DNA of 51,721 bases, from positions 1-51,721 of IMG/VR virus record IMGVR_UViG_3300032303_001618, one strand, 5' to 3'. This document shows, piece by piece, positions 16,353-24,957 of the stretch. A program made the translations under genes and the position numbers. How positions within the stretch are numbered: position 1 is the first letter of the stretch; every line of letters begins with the position of its first letter. This DNA comes from a virus (Duplodnaviria > Caudoviricetes). Under the pieces are notes generated by a model. The model saw nothing but the letters and a program-made list of their open reading frames with translations. It was not told the DNA's origin and did no database searches.

Positions 16353-16988
16353 ATGAGTAATGTAAAACTAGTTAGCGTAACTCCAGACGCAGAAAAAGTA
16401 ATGAGTTATTGTGCCAGAGTTAGTAATCCTAGTAATCAAGAATCCGATAATTATGCAAAACTTTTAGCATATTGTATTAAAAATCAGCATTGGTCTATAT
16501 TTGAAATGGCTTTTTTAACTCTAGAGATCAACACCACCAGAGGTATTGCTGCTCAAATCTTAAGACACAGAAGTTTTACGTTTCAAGAATTTAGTCAAAG
16601 ATATGCAGACGCCACTCTTTTAGCAGAAGATATTCCTCTGTTTGAATTAAGAAGGCAGGACACTAAAAATCGCCAAAATAGCATTAACGATATTGAGGAT
16701 GAGACTAAGGTTAAGTGGAACTCTAAGATAAGAGAACATTTTGCTAAATCCAAATCCCTTTATGATGGCATGGTCGCAGACGGTATCGCTAAAGAATGTG
16801 CTAGGTTTATATTGCCATTAGCAACTCCAACTAGATTATATATGAGCGGTAGCGTCAGGTCTTGGATTCATTATATTAATCTGAGGTCTGCTCATGGAAC
16901 CCAAAAAGAACATATGCTAATAGCAAATGAGACTAAAGAGGTTTTTAAAGAACAGTTCCCAACGATAGCGGAGGCTTTAGGGTGGTAA
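16353..16988 (+). CDS. thyX: FAD-dependent thymidylate synthase
   Basis: RHRSFTFQEFSQRY ThyX signature; HWSIFE; ARFILP; TQKEH. Confidence 0.97.
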   Translation: MSNVKLVSVTPDAEKVMSYCARVSNPSNQESDNYAKLLAYCIKNQHWSIFEMAFLTLEINTTRGIAAQILRHRSFTFQEFSQRYADATLLAEDIPLFELRRQDTKNRQNSINDIEDETKVKWNSKIREHFAKSKSLYDGMVADGIAKECARFILPLATPTRLYMSGSVRSWIHYINLRSAHGTQKEHMLIANETKEVFKEQFPTIAEALGW

Positions 16989-17264
16989 TGTTCAAATACT
17001 CGGAATATAGCGACATATTGTTCGCTTTCCCGTTCATATTCATAGGAATATGCTGTATAATGTTTACTATTTTTGGAATTGTACTTAAAATAACGAAAGA
17101 CTAGATATGTTAATAAATCTTGTACTATCTTTATTCGCCATATATCTACTGGTTGGGCTGGTAGTATTGTTTGGTGGATTATTTTTTTTAGTTTCTATGG
17201 CCTATTATATGCAGAAGGAAGATAAACTGAGACAAGAAAACTATAACAAGAAAGAAAAAATATA

Positions 17265-17456
17265 ATGTTAGAATTTTTGGTTACTGGTCAGGGATACGAA
17301 AAAAACGATAAGTATAAGCAAACTATTTTGCTGCATGAAACTTTTTTTACAACAACCGAACTAGAAGCACAACTGGCTTTTCAGCAATATTTTGAACCCA
17401 CCCATAAAGTTATGAGAATTTATTCTGCGATAGACGTTACCGAAAACAGAGTATAA
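17265..17456 (+). CDS. hypothetical protein
   Basis: ORF in operon. Confidence 0.6.
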   Translation: MLEFLVTGQGYEKNDKYKQTILLHETFFTTTELEAQLAFQQYFEPTHKVMRIYSAIDVTENRV

Positions 17457-17458
17457 GT

Positions 17459-18082
17459 ATGGATACTAAACTAAATTTTATCACCAAATGCACCAGAGAA
17501 CTTTTAGCCAATGGATTTTCTGTGTTGATACATAGAAAAAAGGAATTAGATGGTTATGGAGGATGGTTTGGTGCAGAAGATGGTGAGAGAGAATTGGTTG
17601 TTGCTTTAGACCATGATATGGGTTTTGAAGTATTCTTGCATGAATATTGTCACTACTTACAGTGGAAAAATAATCGTGACCTATGGGATAGGTCGTTATT
17701 AACATATGATACTCTATTTGAATGGATAGATAAACCAGAATCTAATTATACAGAGGAAGAACTTAATCAGAGTTTGCACGATATTCTTGAACTAGAACAC
17801 GACTGCGAAAACAAGGCTTTAAGATTATTGCAGAACAATCCTGTAGAGGGTGTTAGTGTAGACAAGTATGTTCGTGCTGTAAACGCATATCTCCTTCATT
17901 ATCATATAAATCGGTCGATAAGAAAAAGACCAAAGAATCCCATATACTCTGAACGAGTTTTATCTCATATGCCAAATACCTTTAATACTAATCTAAACTA
18001 CTATTTAGACTCTGTTAATATAACCGAGCCAATGAGACTCGCACTTTTGCAGGAATACGAAGAAACTCAAGAGCCGCATTGA
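17459..18082 (+). CDS. putative zinc metallopeptidase (HExxH)
   Basis: FLHEYCHYLQ and downstream E..CE. Confidence 0.65.
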   Translation: MDTKLNFITKCTRELLANGFSVLIHRKKELDGYGGWFGAEDGERELVVALDHDMGFEVFLHEYCHYLQWKNNRDLWDRSLLTYDTLFEWIDKPESNYTEEELNQSLHDILELEHDCENKALRLLQNNPVEGVSVDKYVRAVNAYLLHYHINRSIRKRPKNPIYSERVLSHMPNTFNTNLNYYLDSVNITEPMRLALLQEYEETQEPH

Positions 18083-18094
18083 CAAATGCCGATA

Positions 18095-18654
18095 CTAGAT
18101 TCTATCGGACTTGGATAGATTATCCATAGCCCACAAAGGTTGTAAATTTGTGTAATGAAAACATTTTTTCTGCTCACTAGTATCTGTTAAATCAAAAGCA
18201 GAACATGGTTTAATGTGATCAATGTGCCATTCTCCATAATTATCCCACGTCATTCCTTTTTGAAATTTATTTTCTAAGTATTGTTTTAATTCATTCCAAC
18301 TGTTACATCCGGTAAGAGACAATGAACTTTGTGATTTCCATCCTTTTTTAATACAATTTCTAATTCTGTTCCTACAATAACAGGCTATTTTTGCTGATGG
18401 ATTTTCATCTAAATATTTTTTATGATACTGAGAACGATCATTTTTTTCCTCCATTCTTTATGCCATTTGCTAAATCTGTCTTTGTTTTTTTCATAGTATT
18501 CTTTTCTGTATTTTGTCCTGTCTCTATCGTCTATTCTGGTTTTTCTATATTCTTTCATGTATTCTGAGTTACATTTTTTACATTGGTTTTTGCCTTTTAC
18601 AAACCTGCTCAATGTTTTTTTGTTGTTGCACTTTATACAGGTCTTGACTTTCAT
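18095..18654 (-). pseudogene. HNH homing endonuclease, frameshifted at an A7 run
   Basis: ORFs 18409-18654 (Zn finger) and 18095-18454 (HNH) join if one A is added at 18441-18447. Confidence 0.8.
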
Positions 18655-18672
18655 AGAACCTCCGGTTATAAT
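18644..18672 (+). promoter_or_regulatory. outward sigma70 promoter over the HNH start codon, driving uvsE
   Basis: TTGACT-17-TATAAT. Confidence 0.7.
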
Positions 18673-18715
18673 CGTTTAAACGAACACAGTCCGAACCTCT
18701 AATGGATACACCAAA

Positions 18716-19669
18716 ATGATACGCATGGGCCTCTGTTGTATTTCGCTCAAACTCAAGGAACAAGGCTATGGTTTTCAAACCATGACCTATAAGCGTTTTG
18801 CTTCTTTGCCTAGAGAGGAAGCATTATCTATTCTTGGTGATCGTATTCATAATAATATGGTTGTAACGAATGAAATTATTAAATATTGTGCAGAAAATGG
18901 TTGGTGTTATCGTCTTAGTAGCGATCTTATGCCTCTAATCAGTTATGATAAGGCTAATGTAGATCTGACTGATCTTCCTAATCATGACGACATTCAAGAT
19001 GTATTTGACGAAATTGAAAATACAATTCAGTTTACTAACGTAAGAATCTCCGCACACCCCGACCAGTTTAATGTGTTGGCTTCGCCAGATGAGAAGGTTG
19101 TTGATAAAACTATTACTGAATTAAATCTTATGAGCAGTCTTATGGATCGTTTTGGTCTTAGAGCAGATCATAACACCCCTATTAATATTCATATTCAAAA
19201 CAGCAAAGATGGCACTAGAGAGGAAATCAGTCATAGGTTTCTTAAAAATTTCCATCGTCTTGATGAAAATTGTCAACGTAGATTGGTAGTAGAAAATGAT
19301 GATCGGCAAGCGGCATGGAGTGTTGCAAAACTGCTTGATGTATTTCACCAGATTACTAATATTCCAATCACATATGATTCGCATCATTTTAGACTCAATA
19401 ATCCAGAAAACTTAACAGCAGAACAGGCAGCACAGGGTTGCTTAGAAACATGGAGAAACTTTAAGCCACTATTTCATTTTAGTAATGGTCGAGATCATAT
19501 TCTAGATAAAGCTCATAGTGATTATGTTTATGACGTACATGAAGAACTATTTTCGCGTGAGATAGATTTAGACTATGAGTATAAACTAAAGGACTTGACA
19601 ATTCAAAAATTTACAGAATCTTATTTCCTTTCCGAATATTATCCTCTGCCCACAAAGGTTGCAAATTAG
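18716..19669 (+). CDS. uvsE: UV damage endonuclease
   Basis: YRLSSD.P, RISAHPDQFNVLAS, INIH, RLVVENDD, D.HH, FHFS, AHSD motifs. Confidence 0.93.
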   Translation: MIRMGLCCISLKLKEQGYGFQTMTYKRFASLPREEALSILGDRIHNNMVVTNEIIKYCAENGWCYRLSSDLMPLISYDKANVDLTDLPNHDDIQDVFDEIENTIQFTNVRISAHPDQFNVLASPDEKVVDKTITELNLMSSLMDRFGLRADHNTPINIHIQNSKDGTREEISHRFLKNFHRLDENCQRRLVVENDDRQAAWSVAKLLDVFHQITNIPITYDSHHFRLNNPENLTAEQAAQGCLETWRNFKPLFHFSNGRDHILDKAHSDYVYDVHEELFSREIDLDYEYKLKDLTIQKFTESYFLSEYYPLPTKVAN

Positions 19670-20222
19670 TATAATGAAAACATTGTTTCTGTTGTTCTGG
19701 ATCTGTTAGATCAAAACTAGAACAAGGTTTTATATGGTCAATATGCCATTCTCCATAATTTTTCCAACTCATACCTTTTGTAAAATGTTTTTTTAAATGA
19801 GTCAAAAAATGATCCAATGAACACCCTAATAATTTTAAGGTTGAGTCACATTTTTTATTCGGTCTGGTTATAACTTGATTTACTCTTCTTCTAAGATTTT
19901 TCTTAATTCTATAAGCATGGTCTTTTTTTCTTCTTCGTCTCTCATTAGCATTAATTTTGTCCCTATTTAATTCTATCCATTTTCTTTTGGTTTTAGTAGT
20001 ATGCTCTGTATTATTTCTTCTCCATTCTATCATATATTCTGGATGCTCTTGTCTATATTTGGCTGTTCTCGCCCTTAGTCTTTGTTTATTTTCCTTATAA
20101 TATTTTTTATTATATTCTGAAAGACATTCTTTGCATCTAAAAGCCGGTCTATTATATTGTTTAGCAAACTCTTTTATTTCTTTTTCGACTTGACAGACCG
20201 TACAAACTTTGGTATAATTCAT
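19611..20222 (-). CDS. HNH homing endonuclease (same family as 11119-11787)
   Basis: GMSWKNYGEWHIDHIKP..HYTNLQPLW; likely start MNYT at 20222. Confidence 0.85.
   Translation of the reverse strand: MNYTKVCTVCQVEKEIKEFAKQYNRPAFRCKECLSEYNKKYYKENKQRLRARTAKYRQEHPEYMIEWRRNNTEHTTKTKRKWIELNRDKINANERRRRKKDHAYRIKKNLRRRVNQVITRPNKKCDSTLKLLGCSLDHFLTHLKKHFTKGMSWKNYGEWHIDHIKPCSSFDLTDPEQQKQCFHYTNLQPLWAEDNIRKGNKIL
20190..20218 (+). promoter_or_regulatory. outward sigma70 promoter inside the HNH CDS
   Basis: TTGACA-17-TATAAT with extended TG. Confidence 0.8.
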
Positions 20223-20238
20223 GATAAGTTCCAATAAA

Positions 20239-20317
20239 AAACGCCCAAGCAACAGTTGGTACGAGCAACCATCACAAGAGCGTTTGTATTATATTAATGT
20301 AAAAAAGTATCTCGTAC
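20239..20317 (-). promoter_or_regulatory. structured 5' leader (hairpin + pseudoknot) of HNH gene
   Basis: AAACGC/GCGTTT and GTTG/CAAC stems; loop GTACGAG complementary to CTCGTAC at 20311-20317. Confidence 0.6.
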
Positions 20318-20415
20318 ATACTTCATATTTTTATACACCAAAACTCGATAACTTGCCCCTATATCGTCGCAAACCTAATATAATAAAGAAAAACATTCTT
20401 GTTAAGGAGAGACTT

Positions 20416-20562
20416 ATGAGTGGCTGGCTTATTGCACTAACTGGTTGTATCTATAGTTATGTGAGCATAGAACAATTCTGTAAGGGAAATTATGGACTTG
20501 GCATAGCATATGCAGGATATTCGTTTGCAAATTGTGGTCTGTATATGTTGGCAACCAAATAA
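20416..20562 (+). CDS. small membrane protein (MSGWLIALTG..Y family)
   Basis: AAGGAG RBS; 48 aa hydrophobic. Confidence 0.75.
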   Translation: MSGWLIALTGCIYSYVSIEQFCKGNYGLGIAYAGYSFANCGLYMLATK

Positions 20563-20567
20563 TTAAT

Positions 20568-21026
20568 ATGAAGATAATAAACAAAACAATCCGTAAAGCC
20601 TATTCTAGTTGGACTCCTAATCCTTTAATTAGATGTTATCATTATGCTGCTGCCTTTGACGGGCAGAAGATGATTTGTTTCACCAAAAACAACCCGATAA
20701 AAACCAATACGCGAGCATATAGAATAGGCGAACAGTTTAATTTACCGAAATATAAGGAGTATCCCTTTGTTCATGCTGAATCTCATCTTATTTCTAAACT
20801 ACTTGATATGTATAATACCGTTGATTCTAATTGGGCAATTGTTATTATGCGTATTAATAGAAAAGGACTTGTACTAGGTAGCAAGCCTTGTGAAAATTGC
20901 GACAAACTTCTAAATGCTGTTGGATTAAACAATGTCTACTATAGTACAGACGATGGTGATTTTGTGGATAGTTTTGGAACTTTGATTGGAGTTGGAGGCT
21001 TGACAATGCCGATGATGATGGTATAA
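20568..21026 (+). CDS. cytidine/dCMP deaminase-like protein
   Basis: HAE...SKPCENC zinc motif. Confidence 0.8.
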   Translation: MKIINKTIRKAYSSWTPNPLIRCYHYAAAFDGQKMICFTKNNPIKTNTRAYRIGEQFNLPKYKEYPFVHAESHLISKLLDMYNTVDSNWAIVIMRINRKGLVLGSKPCENCDKLLNAVGLNNVYYSTDDGDFVDSFGTLIGVGGLTMPMMMV

Positions 21027-21027
21027 T
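21000..21027 (+). promoter_or_regulatory. sigma70-type promoter
   Basis: TTGACA-16-TATAAT, GCCGAT in the spacer. Confidence 0.8.
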
Positions 21028-21050
21028 CCGCTAAACGGAGAATATACCAT

Positions 21051-21269
21051 ATGAACTGCATTTACTGCAAAACAGATGTTGGTGTTGATAGGTATGAGTT
21101 TTTAGTAGATACTGGAAGGAAGATTATTTGTAAAGAATGTAGTGCGGAAAACCGTGCCATTGGTTTTATGGACTATCCTCATAAAACTGGTGCTACTTTA
21201 GTCATGGTTCCTAGCAACGCAAAAGAAACGATCCGTATTCTTAATAGAGCAAACAGAAGGAGTAGGTGA
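21051..21269 (+). CDS. DksA/TraR-like C4 zinc-finger protein
   Basis: CIYC....G.DRYEFL.......CKEC spacing. Confidence 0.55.
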   Translation: MNCIYCKTDVGVDRYEFLVDTGRKIICKECSAENRAIGFMDYPHKTGATLVMVPSNAKETIRILNRANRRSR

Positions 21270-21315
21270 TTAATGGATTTGGAGATTGAGCATCTTTTGT
21301 TTAAGCAGGTGGAGG

Positions 21316-21504
21316 ATGACGAAAATTATTAATGTATTTGAAAATCGTTATCGCATTAATATCTATGTTGAAATCGAAGAAAACAATTTAATTAAACGGA
21401 AGATTAAGCAAAGTTACTTTTGTCACTATAGTCCCGGTAAACTTACTATTATTCCTGAACCAGACTATAAGAGTCCAGAACTTAAGAAGAAACAAAGACT
21501 ATGA
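21316..21504 (+). CDS. hypothetical protein
   Basis: ORF; start uncertain. Confidence 0.55.
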   Translation: MTKIINVFENRYRINIYVEIEENNLIKRKIKQSYFCHYSPGKLTIIPEPDYKSPELKKKQRL

Positions 21505-21959
21505 ACAGCGAATTACAAAATAAATTATACGAAAAATATCCACAACTTTTTGTTAACAAAGACAAGACTCCTATGCAAAGTCCTATGTGTTTTGGCATAG
21601 AGTGCGGAGAAGGTTGGTATGATATTCTATCTTCTCTTTGTTGGATGATTAAACAGCACGAAGACCATAAACGTGACCAAAAAGAATGGAGAGATAAGCA
21701 GAACAATGGTCTTAAAAAAGACTTTGCGGTTGCTGTTGTTGGAGAAGAAACAGAATATTTCCCTGTAAGATTTGACCAAATCAAAGAAAAATATGGTGGT
21801 CTTAGAGTTTATTTTAGTGGTGGGGATGAATATATAGAAGGTTTAGTGAGTATGGCAGAAGCAATGAGTTATAAAATTTGCGATGTTTGTGGAAACAAAG
21901 GAGAACCGAATAAAGAGGGATGGATTTCAACTCGTTGTGAGGCTCACAAAAATTCTTAA
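21501..21959 (+). CDS. conserved phage hypothetical protein
   Basis: GIECGEGW..QIKEKYGGLR.Y..CDVCG..GWI.TRC. Confidence 0.85.
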   Translation: MNSELQNKLYEKYPQLFVNKDKTPMQSPMCFGIECGEGWYDILSSLCWMIKQHEDHKRDQKEWRDKQNNGLKKDFAVAVVGEETEYFPVRFDQIKEKYGGLRVYFSGGDEYIEGLVSMAEAMSYKICDVCGNKGEPNKEGWISTRCEAHKNS

Positions 21960-21969
21960 AGACTATGGC

Positions 21970-21997
21970 TTGACAGTGACGATTGGTATGTTATACT
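21970..21997 (+). promoter_or_regulatory. sigma70-type promoter
   Basis: TTGACA-16-TATACT, GACGAT in the spacer. Confidence 0.8.
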
Positions 21998-22035
21998 TAG
22001 AGCGTATCAGTTACTCAATCACAGGAGATTAGATT

Positions 22036-22446
22036 ATGGGTCTTGGTAAGGGCAAAAAGGCTTGTGAAAAATGCGGCACTGTCACCGGCCCCCGTGCATA
22101 TATGTGCAAGAATTGTAATCACCCCTTTGTTTTTAAAGCAAAGAGTAAGGAATCGAAAAACACAAAAATTATTCGTGATTTTAATTGGAGAGAACTGATT
22201 AAGGGTGATAGGATTAAGGTTGCTGGTGGCCCATTTTATGTAAGCCGGGGTGAATTTATCCCAATGGGTTATCGCGGACGCTTTATCGTGGACAGTGTTG
22301 ATGAAAACGGTATTCTTGCATGGGGTATTGACAAGCAGGCCGGTTTCTGTCATATTTGGATGAATGGCGATATTCAAAATAAGGAAACGGGCGTTTGGAA
22401 AACCAAGCATAAGATGATGAAACTCAAGCCTAAGACTGAGGTATAA
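22036..22446 (+). CDS. Zn-ribbon protein
   Basis: N-terminal CEKC..GPRA..CKNC; AGGAG RBS. Confidence 0.8.
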   Translation: MGLGKGKKACEKCGTVTGPRAYMCKNCNHPFVFKAKSKESKNTKIIRDFNWRELIKGDRIKVAGGPFYVSRGEFIPMGYRGRFIVDSVDENGILAWGIDKQAGFCHIWMNGDIQNKETGVWKTKHKMMKLKPKTEV

Positions 22447-22447
22447 A

Positions 22448-22726
22448 ATGTCTTTGACAACAACACAGAAGGATAAGTTAAAAGATTTACTTGTTCATAG
22501 GGATATGATTGTTAAACACCTATATGGGATAGAAAAAAATCTGAAAGAGTATTTTCCAGAAGAATTTGAAAGAGCGTACCAGTTTTGGATACCTCAAATC
22601 ATCACAGCCTTATATGAAGATAAGCGGTGGCTACCCAGAGGGGAATATACTATGGAGAATACAATTAATAGACTTGTTGATAGACTAAAAGAAGAAAGTG
22701 GTCAAGGCGTCAAAAAGTTCTTATAA
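22448..22726 (+). CDS. hypothetical protein
   Basis: GAGGT RBS. Confidence 0.7.
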   Translation: MSLTTTQKDKLKDLLVHRDMIVKHLYGIEKNLKEYFPEEFERAYQFWIPQIITALYEDKRWLPRGEYTMENTINRLVDRLKEESGQGVKKFL

Positions 22727-22741
22727 TTTTGGGGTATAAAT

Positions 22742-23161
22742 ATGAACGAAAGTTATGTGATTAATAATTTGGAAAAGTACGCTGAAAGCATTAGGCAAAA
22801 TGCGGCCCTTTCTTTTAGCGAAAACTATAATGAAGACCTTGACCTTTACATTACTATCCCGCAGGTTTGTCAGATAGTCGAACAAAACGCTATCGGTATT
22901 GATGAAGAAGATAGGTATATCATTGATGAAGAATCATATGATACCACATTCGATCAAATCAGAACTAGATTATATAATATTGGACTTGCGAGATTGGCGG
23001 CATCCGGCGAGATTGAGTGTGCTTGGGATAGCGATGCAAATGAAATGGTTTTTTGGGTTCCAGAAAGTAAAAGTCAGCACAGGGCATCTGCCAATGGAGT
23101 AGCCAATGAATCTAAATCAAATAAAAAACGAAATACAAAGCCTAAAAGAAAGAATACATGA
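22742..23161 (+). CDS. hypothetical protein, paralog of 39034-39456
   Basis: Shared I.N.EK..S.R, Y.IDE and LA.L...G.IE.A.D...N..VFW. Confidence 0.75.
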   Translation: MNESYVINNLEKYAESIRQNAALSFSENYNEDLDLYITIPQVCQIVEQNAIGIDEEDRYIIDEESYDTTFDQIRTRLYNIGLARLAASGEIECAWDSDANEMVFWVPESKSQHRASANGVANESKSNKKRNTKPKRKNT

Positions 23162-23304
23162 ACTGGAAGAATACTTGATATCAGACTGTTGCAAACAATG
23201 TGTTGGTATTATAAAGACTGTGGAAAAATACCAAGAACAAATTGAACTTCTAAAAAACAAGACTAAAGAATAGTTTTCTGAGGTTTTCGATTTAGACTCA
23301 AGTG

Positions 23305-23333
23305 TTGACAACCGATGGTCGATGATGTAGAAT
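23305..23333 (+). promoter_or_regulatory. sigma70-type promoter for the tRNA
   Basis: TTGACA-17-TAGAAT, CCGAT in the spacer. Confidence 0.8.
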
Positions 23334-23346
23334 AACAGAACAATGC

Positions 23347-23419
23347 GGGGCGTTCGTCTAATGGTCTAAGACGGCAGTCTTATTAACTGCTTACGGGAGT
23401 TCGATTCTCTCACGCCCTA
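23347..23419 (+). tRNA. tRNA-Ile (anticodon TAT), atypical U37
   Basis: Cloverleaf: GGGGCGT/ACGCCCT, GTCT/AGAC, GCAGT-CTTATTA-ACTGC, GGGAG-TTCGATT-CTCTC; no encoded CCA. Confidence 0.8.
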
Positions 23420-23421
23420 TT

Positions 23422-23625
23422 ATGAAAAACTTTACTTTATTTATTTTGTTTGTGTTCTTGGTCTTTTCTGCCGCTTTAAATATTGCTCTATGGCAAGAAA
23501 TGGATACTCTTAGGGCTGAAATTAATAGAATAGTTATGCCAGTAGATGATTTTGAGTTAGAAAAACTAATGGAAGAAATTAAGAATCTCTCTAATATGGA
23601 TATTAATGCTGGAAATGATACTTGA
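23422..23625 (+). CDS. single-TM/secreted small protein
   Basis: N-terminal hydrophobic helix. Confidence 0.6.
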   Translation: MKNFTLFILFVFLVFSAALNIALWQEMDTLRAEINRIVMPVDDFELEKLMEEIKNLSNMDINAGNDT

Positions 23626-23833
23626 AAAAATTCTGTCAAATAGACTCTGGGATTTAAAACTATCCTTTTGTAAGAGATATTGCTATATTTCTGGTGAGAG
23701 TCTCAGATATAAAATATGTTACAGAGGACGCAAAAAGATATACTCTTTAGTATCTGGCCCCAAGGGATTTGATGACGATATTTGGCTAAGTCAAAAAGAG
23801 TATCTCAGTAGGCTGTCAAAAAATCATATTTAG
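23615..23833 (+). CDS. hypothetical protein
   Basis: ORF with C..SG..L..K..YRG. Confidence 0.6.
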   Translation: MILEKILSNRLWDLKLSFCKRYCYISGESLRYKICYRGRKKIYSLVSGPKGFDDDIWLSQKEYLSRLSKNHI

Positions 23834-23849
23834 GGGTATAATAAACTAT

Positions 23850-24185
23850 GGGGATGAATTGAATCGACAGGTAGAATAGATATAGGTTGCATCGACTGGT
23901 TGAATAACAGGCCAGTATAAAAGTTATTCAAAAAATGTTAATTGGCAAGACAACTCTTGCTCTCGCTGCTTAGTGAGTGAGGTAGCACTAACCTTATTAC
24001 CCAATAGTGCTGACTCCGATAATCGGATAAGGAATCCTAACCCGAAAACATAGGAGATGATTGTAAACAATCTGATGAGGATAATTCTTCTAGGTTTGTC
24101 TAGTGTCCAAATTACAATAGACTAACGATGTAGATAGTTATATTGATTTTTACTCTGGACGGCGACTCGCTATCGCCCATCTCCA
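23850..24185 (+). ncRNA. ssrA: transfer-messenger RNA
   Basis: GGGGATG/CATCTCC-A acceptor with G3.U; 5' ..TCGAC; tag ORF 23944-23973 GKTTLALAA*; 3' GAC then T-arm. Confidence 0.92.
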
Positions 24186-24211
24186 CTTTACTTTTACAAG
24201 AAGGGGTTATA

Positions 24212-24349
24212 ATGAGTGTATGGAAAAAATTATTTAAGAAAAGTCAAAAAGAAAACAATAAACACCACGAAAAAGAAATGGAATATCTTAGGCTTCTAGA
24301 AAAAAGAATGAATAAACTAGAAAAGAAGGTTGCAAAGAAAAAGAAGTAA
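24212..24349 (+). CDS. small basic hypothetical protein
   Basis: ATG 24212 with AAGGGG RBS. Confidence 0.55.
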   Translation: MSVWKKLFKKSQKENNKHHEKEMEYLRLLEKRMNKLEKKVAKKKK

Positions 24350-24354
24350 CTAAG

Positions 24355-24702
24355 ATGCCAAGAAAAATTTGTTCATATTGTGGCGAAAGGAAAAACAGAA
24401 AAAGTTTTCCTAAGCACAGTATGTACAAAGATAAATTGGATAGCAGATGTAAAGGGTGCGTTAAAAAACATTCTAGAATTAGAGGCAAACTACATAAAGA
24501 GGCTCCACCAAGACCAGATGTTTGCGAGTGCTGCAAAAAGATACCAATAAAATGGGTATTGGATCATGACCATACGGATGATAGTTTTAGAGGCTGGATT
24601 TGTGATAGATGCAACACCGGAATAGGAAAACTAGGAGATAATCTATCTGGTATAGTTAATGCTATGAACTATTTTTTATCTAGGGATAGCCATTATGAAT
24701 AA
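24355..24702 (+). CDS. recombination endonuclease VII domain protein
   Basis: CECC..LDHDH....RGWICDRCNTGIGKLGD. Confidence 0.85.
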   Translation: MPRKICSYCGERKNRKSFPKHSMYKDKLDSRCKGCVKKHSRIRGKLHKEAPPRPDVCECCKKIPIKWVLDHDHTDDSFRGWICDRCNTGIGKLGDNLSGIVNAMNYFLSRDSHYE

Positions 24703-24907
24703 AGTTAAAGAACATCTAACAGAAAATAATATGACATACTATCAGCATTTTAAATTTGCTGTATTTTTTGGATGTTTATCTTTAGTTGCTGGATTTTGTT
24801 TAATAATCCATGCGTTTTTTCCATGCTGGTTTCAAACTACTGGCAGTGATTTAGTAGGTCTGATGGCAAACGTATTCAAGAAACGAAAACAAATAGACGA
24901 TACTTGA
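24695..24907 (+). CDS. DUF6356-like membrane protein
   Basis: HL....TY.QH..FA..IHAFFP pattern. Confidence 0.7.
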   Translation: MNKVKEHLTENNMTYYQHFKFAVFFGCLSLVAGFCLIIHAFFPCWFQTTGSDLVGLMANVFKKRKQIDDT

Positions 24908-24932
24908 CACTAGGATCGGCGTATGGTAGAAT
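24904..24932 (+). promoter_or_regulatory. sigma70-type promoter
   Basis: TTGACA-17-TAGAAT. Confidence 0.75.
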
Positions 24933-24957
24933 ACGCTAAACACAGGAGACTATTTGG

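Noticed and set aside
21273-21332. Short ORF MDLEIEHLLFKQVE.. possibly the frameshifted N-terminus of 21316-21504
   Set aside because: Cannot be distinguished from a chance micro-ORF without homolog alignment
24143-24211. N-terminal extension of ORF 24143-24349
   Set aside because: Overlaps the tmRNA 3' end; better start with RBS at 24212
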